Source: Octopus vulgaris
Taxonomy: Eukaryota
NCBI GenBank assembly: GCA_951406725.2
Contig: OX597823.1
Span: forward strand, 104,470,001-104,534,000
Direction of reading: 5' to 3'
Length of the DNA: 64,000 nucleotides
The notes under the pieces were generated by a model that was not told the DNA's origin, ran no database searches, and was given only the letters and a program-made list of their open reading frames with translations. The position numbers and the translations under genes were made by a program. Shown piece after piece: positions 30,481-44,492 of the stretch. Position 1 is the first letter of the stretch. Each line of letters begins with the position of its first letter.

Positions 30481-33400
30481 CTTTTTTAAACTTTTTTTTT
30501 GTTTACGATAGTTTTCTCTTTAAACAGAGCAGGACATTTAAAGTTAGAAATGCATACGAGTTGACGTAATGAATATTATAGAAATAGATGCTAAATAGAG
30601 TCACCAGCTGATGATTGCAAAACATGTTTTGTCATGCACAGTATGAAATCAATTGATATTGGGGGTATGTAAACGACCTTCAGATTCCATCCTGAAAGTA
30701 GGCCTATTTTTTAAAATATTCATTGCATTGCTCGTGTGTGTATTTATTGTAGTATTGGTGGTTTTTGAAGCTTTCGCTTTCATCTTTGGCAAGCAGTATC
30801 TTTACCCTTCTTTTATTCAAATATTTCATATTATACCTGCTTAGGTAGAAGTCTTGCTAGCCACCCCATATATATTACTGTTTTTAACAGTAATAATGCT
30901 TCATATATTTACAATATTTATATGTATAATATATATATTTAACATATAATATATATCATCACCATCACTGGCAGTGTTTCTACAGCTGGATGTCATTCCT
31001 AATGCCAACCACTCCGAGAGTATAGTGGGTGCTTTTTATTTGCCACCGGTACAGGGGCCAGAGGAGCTGGCTTCGATCACAATCGGATGGTGCTTTGTAC
31101 GTGCCATATTATATAATATATATGTGTGTAAAATATAATATATATACATACATATATATATAAAATCCCATACATACTGTTCATACTTCCCTTAATGAAT
31201 TGTGGGTAAAAGCAGTGAAATTTTTGGATATTTTTGTCCCTGACGAGGATAAGACATTCTCGAATTGACTGAATGACCATGTACTATGTATGTGCAAATC
31301 TGTGGGTGTGTTTGCCTTTGGCGTTATCTAACTCCTACATTGTTATATTGATTTTGATGAAACTTAACATGTGAGTAGAACTCCTGTCTGGAAACCTAGT
31401 GACATACTTTGTTGAAAAAGAACTAATAATAGGGCCCCTGGAAGGGATTCTTATATCTACTACATATAACAAATATTTTTAAACATCCAAAGGAAATAAC
31501 CCATTTGCTCCTGAAAGGGATCTTTATATATATATATATATAAAGCCAAGGGAGATAACCCATCCATGTTTGTAAATTATTTCATACAAATCAAATTGAG
31601 CCTGCCTATTTGAACTATTTTCGCAATTTATCCAGTACAACGCTTAAACAAGTATATAGTATTTTCCTAAATAATAGATCCACTTATTTCGGTTAGCGAA
31701 TTATTCTTGAATATACCAACATTAGCGCTGCTGGAGGTAATATTTTCTGTGAATGCACAAAATCTTTTTTCAGAGTTATTTACTTTGAATTGTTGCTATC
31801 ACATATCTGATTAACCTGTTATTAGATAACATGCTTCATGATTTTAGTATGTATATATATATATATATATAGTATTTTAGTATGTGTATATATATATATA
31901 TACACACATACACACATATATATATATATATATATATACATACATAGAAATATATATATGCACACACACACACACAGCATTTGAATTCGTATATATCCTT
32001 TTCTTACATATTAAGGTTACTTTCCCCAGTTGTTACTGTCTTTCAGAAACTCCATTGCTAACAACTGTTTCACAAATACCGTTTACTCAATTAAACGAGA
32101 AAACCCTTGACATGGTCATTGTATTTGCTAGAAACGGCAACCAAATCCCACTGCTTTAAAAATAGATAACATAGTCCTCGATAACACTCCAAATTTCGAG
32201 ATGGTCTCGGTGGAATGCCTTGATCATAAGCCTGCTCGAAGTTGATCTGGGGTTAAACAATAACAACATCCTTACACTATTCTGTTACTTTGTTTCGTTT
32301 AACATCCTACGCTTCTAATTATCAAAAACATTTTACTTAGCTATTCGCATATGATAAAGAAACTGTCCTCTATCCCCCCCACTTTTATACTTTTTAATAT
32401 TTGACATGTTAAACTTTAGCTTCGAGATTCTAGCTCATTCTTCTAGTTTCGAAATAGGAAGTTATAGAAACAAATCGAAAATATGAAATGCTGTAATTGC
32501 TTAAGAAGTGCAAACGTCAGTGGATTGAGCATTTTGATTTTGACAAGTACATTGTTCTCATCATCAATCCACGTAGAAAATTATATTTTTAAGCAACTTA
32601 TATTTGAGAACAAAATAATTTTCACGACGAAAAATATGTATATATATTTGCCGTACCAAACACGAACTTTTACAAAATATCACAAAAAAGTTAATAATAT
32701 TATTAATAACAGTAAAGTGAGAAATTCGGAAGTCGACATCTTTCTAGAAAGAAAATTAGCAAGTAATGAAATTTGATAAAGCTTGCCTCTGTTTTCATAT
32801 TTTCCGTTGTCTCTTCAAATTACAGTTCGGATAGATGTAGCATTTTTATTAATTTACAATAAAATACGAACATCGCAACGTTTTGTTTATCCTTTTATAT
32901 ATTGTAGTGGAAGTGGTTTGACATTTTGATATCTTTGACAACCTTTACACCTCCCACAGCACACACATGTTTTCCCTGCCCTTGTGGCAAAATTTGAAAT
33001 GATTTTATTATTATCATTTGCAGATAATTACAGAAAGAAATATATAAAATTCCTTAAATCTCTAGTTGGTTTCAAAATTAAGAAAAAAAAATCTAAGTTT
33101 TCGCTTAAGAGTAATGATAACTACACAGAGTGTCAAAATTAGAAAATAACCAAAGAAGCCCGTGCTTTCTAAGTAATTATTTTTAAGAGAACGTGGAGAG
33201 TATATTATCAATAGACGCACTTAAAAGGGAATAGAAATATTCCCTGGAGAAAACAGGACAGATTAAAGAAAAAGACAAAAACGATATATTTCCGAGAGAA
33301 ATTTTCAGCATTTAAAGACAATGAAAATACTGGGAATGAAGTGAGTTTCACTAGAATGTCACAACGATTATTTTTACTCAAAAACCAAAAAAATATCAAA

Positions 33401-33799
33401 ATGATTTAAGAGATCGAATAAGCAACTTTTTCAACCCTCGGAAATGGTTGATTTAGTTATTTCCTGTCCTTGATTCAGAAAAAAAAAAAAAAAAAAATCC
33501 CAAAAAACCCTTCACTTTACACATACACGTGTGTGCGTAAGATTTAACAATTTAGGATTTCTTAAACTTTCTGAATTAAAAAAAAAAAATTGTTTTGCTT
33601 GCCTTGTATTATTAAAACTGCTAGACCATATATCTACATACATACGTGTTTGTGTTTTTACGCACACACACATCGGTTTGTACGTTTCTTCCACTGAATG
33701 TGGCTCTGTGCCAAAGTTAAGAAATCATTAGTTATTTATGCAACTATTAGGACCCATTCTAACTTTCTATTTCATCATCGAGAGACCTTATCTCTTTGA

Positions 33800-34720
33800 T
33801 ATATATTATTTATCATGACAATTATGAATGTGGTTCAGCAGACTAATACCTAAGGCCTTTTAGCAAAGACCACCTTATCCTATTTTTTATTTTCCTTTTC
33901 TCCAGACATAGTGTCTACATCTACAATCTAACGTGTCCATTTCTTTTAAAGACGTAGGGCGTAATTTGAAGATTTGGCTGTTATTTCTTGCAGGTAGAGA
34001 CTTCTTTGTTGTGGCAGTATTAAAGCTGTTGTTTAGCCTCTCCTGATTGAGAAGACCTATGATGAAAAGTATTCAAGCGAAGAATATTGTCCCTTTTCGT
34101 ACATTTAAGATTACATTGCCCAATGTCCCTTTTTCTTAACGTGATACGTTTTGGTTTGAGGGAGATCCGGCTGCTATTTTTAGGAGGTTGTGCGACCAGG
34201 AAGAAGCTTTTCTGTTGGTTATGGTTTCTGGCAGTGTTGATAGTTGAGAGCTACTAGGAAAATGATGCACAACAGAATCTCTTTTGGTGCTTTACTTGTG
34301 AGTTCAAGTCAGTACCGGGTCGATATTCGCCTTTTTGTCCCTTCTCTAGTCTGTAACAGACCGTTTCTCTGTCCCCTCTTTCTATAATTTAAAAAAAATA
34401 AAACCAACACTACTGAAAATGAGGGGGGAATTTGTCAAATTTAAATAACTCGTTAGTTTTTTTTTCTTCACAACGGTATTACAGATAAAACATAAAGTCA
34501 AAATACTTGGGATTATTCTAGTTTCAAAGAACTATGGAGGCTGTTGTTTTTGGACCTAAGTCGGCTCCGATTCAGCAAGACCTACGATCAAAGGCATTCC
34601 GGCCATGTCCATCCTTTTCCTAGTCATAGCGTATTGCATCTCGGTTTAAGTTTTCTAACGTGTACTTCCAGTGTTTATTTTATTTTTGTCTTAAAGAGGA
34701 CGAAGAATTGACCACTGACA
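33800..34720 (+). repeat. Cluster of an old dispersed repeat (AGACCTATGATCAAAGGCATTCCAGCCATGACC-like)
   Basis: Degenerate copies at ~33830, 34030, 34545; also ~18070, 19740(-), 25740(-), 32160(-), 36890, 51820, 63710. Confidence 0.5.
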
Positions 34721-35099
34721 GGTCGAACAGAATTATAGTAAACGGATTTTTATCAGCAGCTAATTAAACAAACGACAGACGAAACTCATTAAGGACATCG
34801 TGGTTATTTACCAGGAATTAAATTAGGAATATAGGAAGGTTCATTTGTCTGTAAAAAGTGGAACGTTAAATTTAGAATCAAAGTTTTGGTGCGAAAGACA
34901 TGCACAAGTAAATTAAAAGGTTTGGGTAGAATTTAAAGATTCTTGACAAAACAGAGAGAGAAAGAGAAATTAAAAGAAAGCTATGTAAATTTTTAAAAAT
35001 ACTTAAATGACAAATGAAAGCAGAGATAAATATTAGTTTTCCAAAGACAATAAAGTATAAGTGTGTGCATGTGAATATATAAATATATATACACGTTAC

Positions 35100-35124
35100 C
35101 ATGGCCTGGCCCTGGAAAAGACAT
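35100..35124 (-). CDS. INIP: INIP / SOSS complex subunit C, coding exon 1 (MSFPGPGH+G)
   Basis: Minus strand ATG TCT TTT CCA GGG CCA GGC CAT G|GTAACG; the phase-1 donor joins the phase-1 acceptor of the 22469 exon to give MSFPGPGHERANRKQLLEQLEEKKKLL, resembling the SOSS-C N-terminus (human NRVAILAELDKEKRKLL, from memory). Confidence 0.8.
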
Positions 35125-35470
35125 CGTCCCCAAGGTCTGGTGGTCGGCGAAAATCACTTAAAATGTGACTACAAAGCATGAGGCGGCGACCCACAATGAT
35201 AACATCACTGAATGAAAGTACGTCGCTAGAGAAACCCAAATAACAGCCTCTCTCATTGGCTCGATTTTTCACAATATTTCCGATTGAACCAATGAAATAG
35301 AATGTTAGTAAAAAGAAATATATATTTCCTTAATCTAAACGCGAAGAGGTATTCGTCAGATGTGATTCAATTGGTTGCTTCGTTGGAAAACGGACCAATC
35401 GTTGACGACGTTACATGTTGTGGGTGTATAATATAGTGATGGATGTAAGCGACGATCAATAACAACAGAT
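35125..35470. promoter_or_regulatory. Bidirectional promoter INIP/SNX30 with four NF-Y (CCAAT) boxes
   Basis: 346 bp between divergent ATGs; ATTGG 35255, CCAAT 35289, ATTGG 35370, CCAAT 35395; CpGs locally retained and no interspersed repeats seen. Confidence 0.75.
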
Positions 35471-35593
35471 ATGGCAGCTCCCCAGGATAGTTGTATGTCT
35501 GGGAAAGATAACACTGCCGACATTCATTCTAATACAAAAGAAACTTTCAAGGATCCATTAACTAGTGCTTTGGATAAAGACAGTGAAGATGAG
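35471..35593 (+). CDS. SNX30: Sorting nexin 30/7-like, coding exon 1 (MAAPQDSC...DKDSEDE)
   Basis: ATG at 35471, 41 open codons, donor GAG|GTGAGC phase 0 matching the exon at 55905; directly downstream of the CCAAT-rich promoter. Confidence 0.75.
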
Positions 35594-38500
35594 GTGAGCT
35601 TTTTAGTTGGCCTGTTTTGCTGAATGTCTATGTATGAAGAAAATTCTATTATAATTCCATTCATGTCTTGGATGTTTTATTGGAATCTACGAGACTTAAC
35701 CCTGTGTGCCACCGTCTTTCTGTCCACTATTCAAATTTTTAACTCGCAAGAAGCCAGGTTTCTGTGGGAAAACAGGTTGTAATTAATTTTAAGCAGAAAG
35801 GTCCACTATTAATTAGTGAAAAGAAAGGTGTTTTAATTGCATGTTGCCATTTTCCAGTGATTTAGTTTGCAAATTTGTGTGGTTAGTATTAGGTATACTT
35901 CTAAGCTTGCAATTAAAAAATCGTTTTTTATGTCAGTGTTCACTCTAATCACTGTTCACTGTAAGCTGTTAAAATAGAAGAAAAAGGAAATTGCAAGAAA
36001 ACAACAGCTCTGTAACCCACCGCCCCAAATCCCAACAAAACATTTGATTTTTGTTTTAAAGCAAAGCGTGAATGTTTTAGCTTCTTTCCAATGCCCATAC
36101 AATTTAATTTGTATTTATTGTGTTTTAATGTTCACCTCTACTCTTATAGAAGGTCTAGGTTCTTGTTATTTTCCTCCAACATAACCATTGTCTAAATGTA
36201 TAATGTGTTGCTGTGATAAGGTGTACCTGTCCAAATTTGCTGTTGTTTGGAACTAGTCACGCCCCCACCTTTTATCATACACGCACTGAGCAATGTCAGT
36301 CGAGAATCAAGTATTTTTCTTTACCTTATAAATTGCATTTATTAACACTCATGATCAAAAATAGTGTCACACACACACACATAATGAATATATTTAATTT
36401 GCTCCCCCCCTCCCTCTATGCTCTCTGCTCAAATCTTCTTCATCCTCGATGTCGATTTCCACCTTTCATTTTCTGGAGTCGATAAAATGAGTACCAGTAA
36501 TATACTAGTTTTTCAATTAAAAAATTTAGTCTCGTGTCTTGTCGAAATGAAATCGTTAGAAAGAGACATTGAGACATATTATATACGCCTGAGTGTATAA
36601 ACAGAGGGGAAAAAGTAGTTGAGTTTATTCATTCAAAGCTGAATCATCAACGTCGAATAAATATAATTATATATACAACACGTCTACTTCTGCCTGTCCA
36701 TTTATTTAGCTGTATTATTCTATACTGGACACTGTGTGACTGTCATCGGTGTTACCTTTGCAGTAAATAAAAGCTTATACACCTACCCACACACACAATA
36801 AAGCTGTAGTTTGCAAAAATAAATTATAATAAACGTGTTATTGTACAAAAAAAAATTTAATGTTTTTCTTAACTGTTTCGCTTAAACCAAGTTGTTTGAA
36901 TTCGGGTCCACTCTGACTAAATGCTCCTACAATCCAAACTGTTCCAGCCATGACATACTGGCCTTTTCTCGGGCTTCGCCTACCTTTGACTACATTAGCC
37001 AACGTGTCTCTCTTTTTTACGGTCGTGTTATTTGAGGGAAATTTTGACTGCTGTTTCTAGCAGGCGACCGAACGCATCGAGGCTAGCAGGTGTTGTGTAA
37101 TTAACTCGGTGATTCTTTTTCTCATGTCTCTTTCCTTTCTATACCTCCAATTCTATCTGTTTTTTTCTCAGCACAGTTAAGCCAGAAAGCATTATTTCCA
37201 TTGAGCAACTTTTTTTTTTTTTCTAATTTAATATTTAAATAATGCTGGGAGGCTGTCAACTTTTCATTCGGATGATTGCTCGCAACACTCGTGTTTTTCA
37301 TTCTCTCTCCGGCTTTTCACCCTTTCTGTCCTTCGATTTCCCTTACGCTCTTTGTTTCTTTCTTACTCTCTTGAGGGTTCTTTCATACACCTCTCTGTCT
37401 TTATCTCGTTCTCTTTATCTATTTACACCTTCTCCCCCTCCTCTCTCTAATGCACTACTCACCTGTTTTATATATATATATTGCCTTTCAAGCCATATTT
37501 TAAGTCGGATTAGTAATTTTAGTCGGATTATTCGGCAAAACCACTGAAGCAATATAAAAACCGTGAAATGCAGCCTGAGATAATTGAGCCGTCTTGTGAG
37601 CTCCTATTGTTTGTTAGAACACAAGACGATATGATCTTCTTGTGAAGTGGTTGTTATCGTCCTTTTTCAGGTAAGTTAATATATATCTGTCAACAGTCGC
37701 TAAGTCGACTTATATTCAGCAGTAACACATCACCATCCTTTCAAAATGCAATGCAACCAATCACAACTAGAGCAAAGCCACCTGCCCACTTAGTTTACGT
37801 GTTTCTCATTAATTAATCGACCTTAATAACATGCTATAGGCTGTACAAACTCGCCGAACTCTGCTTTTAATGTGAACCTCTGAATTTTTGAAAACTTCTT
37901 ATAGTTTCGTTCCTTTATTTATGTTTATGATTAAATCTCATTCGTGTTCTTTCTATACCTACGCCGCGCCTAGAACCAACCCTGAGTCGGATCTACAGTT
38001 TAATTTGGATTTGGTACTTACATTTCTGAATATGTGATGTATACTACCAACACGATACCTCGTGTTTATTTTACATCACTGTTATGGTACCTAGCCAGTT
38101 CTGGCGTCCTACGTGTTCACGCGCCTAGATTCTATTGAATCGTACTAATAATCTCTCTCTCTCTGTATATGTATATATATATATATATATATAATGTGTA
38201 ATAAACTATACACGTAACTAGTTTCAGTCGTCTATTCAGAATATGTGTGTATTTATACATACGTGACACCTTGGGCAAACCAAATCCTTGAGTGGATTTA
38301 GTAGTTGGAAACTGAAAGGAAGCTCGTCACTATTCGAACACTACGCTAGCCAGGTTTCTGCAAGAAGTGCTACTGTGGCGATCGCCTAGATTTTACTTAA
38401 CCATTCTATTATGTATATGTGCGTGTGTTACTGTCTCTTTTCCTTGACATCACGTGACAGCTGTAAACGAATGTCACAGTCATGCAAGCGGTGGTCTTTG

Positions 38501-38867
38501 TTCTCAATCTTCTGTCTGATTATGGGGGAAATATTACCTTACTTTGAAAGTTGGATGCCCTTCCTAACGCCAACCACTCCGAGAGTGTCGTGGGTGCTTT
38601 TACATACCACCTGCACGCGGCCAGTCAGGCGGTACTGGCAACGACCTCGCTTTTTGTTTTAATTATTTGAAACTTTTTTTTCTAGAGAATGAAGTTTCAA
38701 AGAATTGACTTTTGAAATGTAGCTTGCTGGAATTTTGTTAAAAACTAAAAATGTTACAAGTTGAACTCTTTAAAAAAATTCATGTGTATACAGATTGTAT
38801 TTGTGAAGTATGTATTAGCTGGTCACATTTTCATTGAAAACCCCATTTTTTCCTAATTGTTAGTTAA

Positions 38868-39090
38868 CCCTTTTGATACCAACCCACCTGAAACCACCTC
38901 TGGCTCTGAGTACAAATGTCTTGTTTTCATAAGTTATGAATTAAAATCTTCCACCAAACCTTAGTCACAGTTTATGTTCCTTAACACTAGCTTAATGATA
39001 ACTAAGCTATTTTACTAAATTCTTTGTTATATTTAAAATTAATTGAAAGAAACACAGAGCATCTCAGCAGAAATAATGGTAACAAAATAG
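38868..39090. mobile_element. piggyBac-like MITE relic
   Basis: TTAA|CCCTTTTGATACC ... GGTAACAAAATAG|TTGA (degenerate right TIR and TSD). Confidence 0.5.
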
Positions 39091-39453
39091 TTGAACATGT
39101 AAATCCTTAAAAATGTTTTAGCCCGAAGGCTGCGGCCATGTACTTTATATATAGCCAATATAAATTTATAAACTGGCTGGAGGAGCTCTGGATTTTGAAA
39201 TGACTGTTTATATTCTCCTTCTCATTGAATTTGAAAGAAATATTCATTTCTGTAGGGTATCTGACCTCTGTGAATGCATATGATTTTGTGTTCTAAATAA
39301 CTATATTAGACCTGTTTGTATTTGGCGGAAGTGTGGATAGGAAAGTTTCTTCTACATTTCTTCTGTTGAGATGTATGTATATTTTAAAAAATGGGCATTG
39401 ACCATATTTATTGCATGACAATCTTATAAATGTATGTGTGTGTATACTTCATG

Positions 39454-39605
39454 TATGAGGAGGTGCTGGAAAGTTTTTGGCTTTAAGTGTATTGCAGAAG
39501 GCCTAGTTGGAGACCCAACCTTCTGAGTTCTTTTACAGGGCTTAGAAAAACTGAAAGAGCACTGTGTGAATTTAAGAGGAGAATATGTTGAATAAAATCA
39601 TAATT
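39454..39605 (+). mobile_element. Mariner-like non-autonomous relic
   Basis: TATGAGGAGGTGCTGGAAAGTT TIR-like start; AGA GGA GAA TAT GTT GAA TAA (RGEYVE*) resembles a mariner transposase C-terminus. Confidence 0.45.
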
Positions 39606-40027
39606 CGCCAGGAAATGCATACTTCACTGGCTTTTCCCTGATAACACTTGTTTTTCTTACTACCACCTCCCCTGGAATGATTTCTCTCATCCACCAGTCC
39701 TGTCCTCTCCACCCACACTTTACATTGATCATCCTCTTGAGCCACCAATTCATCTTTATCCTATCACTATATGTCTCCCCTTTCACTTTGAATTCTCCAC
39801 TCTCCTGCAACCTGCCCAATCATCCTTTCTTATTCTTCCTGTGTCTATTGTATTTATTACTCTTATTAAAGTGGCAAGCTGGCAGAATCATTAGCATGCT
39901 GGGCAAAATGCTCAGCAGCATTTCTTTATAGGTTCAAATTCTCCTGAGTTTGGCTTTGCCTTTCATCAACTTAAGGTAGATGAAATCAGTACCAGTTGGG
40001 TGCTGGGGTTGATACTGTTCTATATTT

Positions 40028-40290
40028 TTGAGATGAGGAATTATTTACATTAGACGGATATGTGTCCCCATCTTGTCTACTAACCTCAAGATTGCGTGTT
40101 CAATTCCAGGTGGTGCCTTGAATGAATAATAATAATAATAGCATCAGCAAAAAAATACCTTAGGAATGAGAACCCAGGGTTGGGTTCAAAATCCTACCAG
40201 GACACCTGATGAAGGCTGGAGAGTTAATCAGTCAAAATGTTGTGGTAGCAACAAACAAGATGAGGACACATATAATGTAAATAATGTACT
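40028..40290 (+). mobile_element. Decayed Penelope-like terminus with degenerate hammerhead (40203-40244)
   Basis: CAC CTGATGA A GGCTGG..TCAGTC AAAA TG TT GTG (GAAA lost); partial inverted ends ATATGTGTCCCCATCTTGT / ACAAGATGAGGACACATAT. Confidence 0.5.
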
Positions 40291-41173
40291 GGGGTTGATG
40301 TAATCAGTTTAACCCCTCCTCGAAACTGCTGGCTTTGTGCCAATATTTGAAATCCTCATTATTATTATTAAGGCAGTGAGCTGGCAGAATCGTTAGCATG
40401 CTGGGCAAAATGCTTAGTGGCATTTTGTCAGTCTTCATGATCTGAGTTTGAATTTGAGGTTGGCTTTGCCTTTCATCCTTTTGGATTAATCTCCACTACC
40501 TCCTGTATCGAGACCAACAGGTCACGTGATTGAACAAAGAGAAAAATTTGGTATAGGAGAAATCAGATGTAGAGGCTCTGTGAAGAAGCTGTGGCAGTGC
40601 AGGTATATGTTGCCTGTGTAGGATGACAGTTGGTTCAAAAGTGCCAAGTGATCCAAGGTGAAGGAATTTGTGAAAGGGGGGAAAATCAAAAGAAGGCATG
40701 GGAAGAACTGGTGAAAGATAATCTTGGTCAACTGTACCTTTTGAAAGTGATGACAAAAGACTGCAACAAGTGATGAGATAGTGTGCTGCAGAAGACCCAT
40801 GCGAGCATGGAAGAACAGGTGTAAAATGATGAGAATGATGAACTAACTTGAGTCTCTTACTAGTATTTGATCTATTGGAAAAAACAATCTTGAACTCTCT
40901 CCAACAGGAATTGAACTTTGAATGTAAAGCAGCAAATTACTAAATACTGCATGTACCATCTCCCACCCTGAATATTGATGAAATAATGGTTTCAAATTTG
41001 AGCAGAAGACCAGTAATTTTGGGTAAGGGGTTAAGTCAGTTACATCAACCCCACTGCTGAATTGGTGTTTATTTTATCAACTCTGAAAGAATGAAAGGCA
41101 AAATGGACCTTAGAGTTTGAACTCAGAATGTAAAGATGGATGAAATGCCGTTAAGCATTTTGCTACCTTGAAT

Positions 41174-41630
41174 CATCATCATTTAATGTCCGCTTTCCAT
41201 GCTAGCATGGGTTGGACGATTTGACTGAGGTCTGGTGAACCAGATGGCTGCACCAGACTCCAACCTGATCTGGCAGAGTTTCTACAGCTGGATGCCCTTC
41301 TTAACATCAACCATTCCGAGAGTGTAGTGGGTGCTTTTATGTGCCATCGGTTTGAGGGCCAGTTTGGTGGTACTGGCAATGGCCACACTCTAATGGTGCT
41401 TTTTATGTGCCACCTGCACAGGAGCCAGTCCAGTGGCACTGGCAATGACCTCGCTCAAATGTTTCACGTGCCACCAGCACAAGTGCTAGCAAGGCGACGC
41501 AGTAATGATCACGCTTGAATGGTGTGTTTAACGTGCCATCGGCACGAAGGCCAGCTTGTTGCTCTGGCAACGATCTCACTCTTAGCGCTCCACTAGCAAC
41601 GGATGTCGGTCACCGAGTTTGATTTCGACT
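41174..41630 (-). mobile_element. RTE 3'UTR fragment with ~5 internal units
   Basis: (CAT)n head followed by repeated GGTGCTTTT(T)AYGTGCCA units. Confidence 0.78.
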
Positions 41631-42529
41631 TTGAATTTTGAATATTGATAAAATAATCCTACTCAAAGCAAGATTGAAGAAGCACCAATCACATTATCAA
41701 GCATGACTGGTTGAACATACTGGCAATGGCAATACTTACTGGTGGTAGTCATGGTGGGGTCATGTGGTAAGAGGCATCACTTCATGCGTTTTGGGTCTTC
41801 CAGTTAGCAAAGAAAAAAAATGCAAACATAATAAATATGTAATTAATGCTATATTTAATAAATCATAATAAAAGCTTTATTCCTACATTTTCACTTTCCC
41901 CTTAGGCTGGTCATGTTATCAGGTATTATAAGTGATAAGGGAGGAGGGAAAAAAAAAAGAAGCATTCTCATCTACTAGAAGTATGTACTCTGTGGAATTT
42001 CTAGCATTGAATCAATACTCTACTGAGCCGAACTAGATTGGTACCCATGGGAAGTTGTAAGTTCCTAGCCAACTAAGTGCAACACTTAGTTGATAAGTAT
42101 TTCACTTAATCTCATTTCAAACGAAGAGTACATGTTTAATTTGCTTTTTACATGTAATACTCACATACACACACAAACACACACACACACACACACACAT
42201 ATATTGAACTGTACTCATGTAAATAATAATAATTTTCCAAATTTTGGCACAAGGTTAAAATTAGGATGAGGGAGTTTTTTACTGTATTGACCTCAGCACT
42301 TGACTGGTACTTTATCAATCCTTGAAAGAATGAAAAGTAAATTTGACCTTGGCAGGATTCAAACTTTGTTTCAGGGTATTTGCCCTTTATCAATGCAGAA
42401 TAGCCAAACTCATATATATATATATATACACACACAGCCAGACCTATTCTCCATTTCTTTTAGAAGTGGGTAGCCACAACAAAACACACTGACCATTCCA
42501 TTCATTTCCCAGTTTAAAGGGGTGAACCC

Positions 42530-43610
42530 CGTTCTATGCTGAGGTCAAGGCATAGAACACAACCCCCAATATCAGCAGCAGGGCCTGACAGCATATCCTG
42601 GTTTACCCCTGCTGCATCATGCTGCTTCCATACCCCTTTGAGCAACATCAAATTCACTCATCCATCCACAAATACTCTCCAAGCTTTCCTATCATTTATA
42701 AACTCTCTTGCCTCTCTCACTCCATCACCTCTAACCACCAAAGCTTTCCTCATTCCATCCATCCACACAAACCGAGGTCTGTCTCTGGTTCTGCTTCCTA
42801 CCACTTCTGCCTTCATCACCCTCCTTATCATCTGCTCCTCATCCATCCTTTCCATGTGGCCAAACCACCTTAACATTCATCCATCCAATTTGTTAGTTTT
42901 TCTCTCATTCCTTGATCATCTTCACACCTCACTCCTCCTCCTGTCCATCTGTGTCACACCAGTCATATTCTTCAGACATCTCACCTCAAACGCATCTAGT
43001 AGCCTCCTCTCTACCTCCACATCTCTGCACCAGGTAACATCGTCAGTACAATCACGCCCTCATACACACCTTTTCGCTTTCATACTAAACCTTTTATCTC
43101 TCAGTATACTTTTCACAACTCCAAGTATCTTACTCCCCTCCCTCACTCTGTATCCCAATTCCTCAGCCAACCCCCCCCCATCCGCTGTCACATGTGACCC
43201 CAGATGCTTTAAAAACACTCACCTCCTCTAACATCTCACCATTTATACTCACATCCATCCTACCAGCCATTCTATCTCTCGAACATCTCACCTTACTCTT
43301 AGCTACATTCACTTTCAGTTTCTTCCTCCCACACACTCTTCCAAACTCTACCTCCAGTCTCCTCAGTTGCTCTTCTGAATCCGCCACAAGTGCTGTATCA
43401 TCAGCAAACATCAACTGACTCACCTGCCATTTCTCTCCTTATTTTCTTCCATCATTTGGGCATCCCTACCAAGGGTTCTAGCATTTGCCCCTCTCACCAC
43501 ACCATCCACATATAAATTCAACAGCCACAGAGACACCACACAACCCTGTCTTAACCCCACCTTCACATCAAACCTCTCACTTATTTCACCACCCACCCTT
43601 CATAATACCA
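42530..43610 (-). mobile_element. Decayed RTE-clade LINE of a second, PHD-less lineage
   Basis: [20 protein letters not shown]...KLKVNVAKSKV and LRWFGHMERMDEEQMIRRVMKAEVVGSRTRDRPRFVWMDG, in shifted frames. Confidence 0.82.
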
Positions 43611-43662
43611 ACCACTTTACAGAGTATACTGGGTGCTTTTTATGTGCCATCAGTACCAGTGT

Positions 43663-43674
43663 TTTTATGTGGAA

Positions 43675-43728
<54 letters not shown>

Positions 43729-43734
43729 GTGGAA

Positions 43735-43775
<41 letters not shown>

Positions 43776-43776
43776 G

Positions 43777-43820
<44 letters not shown>

Positions 43821-43826
43821 GTGGAA

Positions 43827-43865
<39 letters not shown>

Positions 43866-43866
43866 G

Positions 43867-43906
<40 letters not shown>

Positions 43907-43950
43907 GTGGAACCATATATATATATATATATATATATATTTATGTGGAA

Positions 43951-43988
<38 letters not shown>

Positions 43989-43994
43989 GTGGAA

Positions 43995-44030
<36 letters not shown>

Positions 44031-44063
44031 GTGGAACCATATATATATATATATATATATATT

Positions 44064-44104
<41 letters not shown>

Positions 44105-44110
44105 GTGGAA

Positions 44111-44148
<38 letters not shown>

Positions 44149-44150
44149 AA

Positions 44151-44186
<36 letters not shown>

Positions 44187-44194
44187 GTGGAACC

Positions 44195-44226
<32 letters not shown>

Positions 44227-44232
44227 GTGGAA

Positions 44233-44270
<38 letters not shown>

Positions 44271-44271
44271 G

Positions 44272-44313
<42 letters not shown>

Positions 44314-44319
44314 GTGGAA

Positions 44320-44359
<40 letters not shown>

Positions 44360-44492
44360 GTGGAACCATATATATATATATATATTATATATATATATAT
44401 ATATTTATGTATATATATATATATATATATTTATGTGGAACCATATATATATTTATGTGGAACCATATATATATATATATATTTATGCGGAA

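Noticed and set aside
31238-31270. CTGACGAGGAT...CTCGAA hammerhead-like string
   Set aside because: No GAAA at the right register and no convincing stems I and III.
34878-35102. ORF MVTCIYIY...
   Set aside because: Its ATG is the last three bases of INIP exon 1 (CAT G), read out of frame into the intron.
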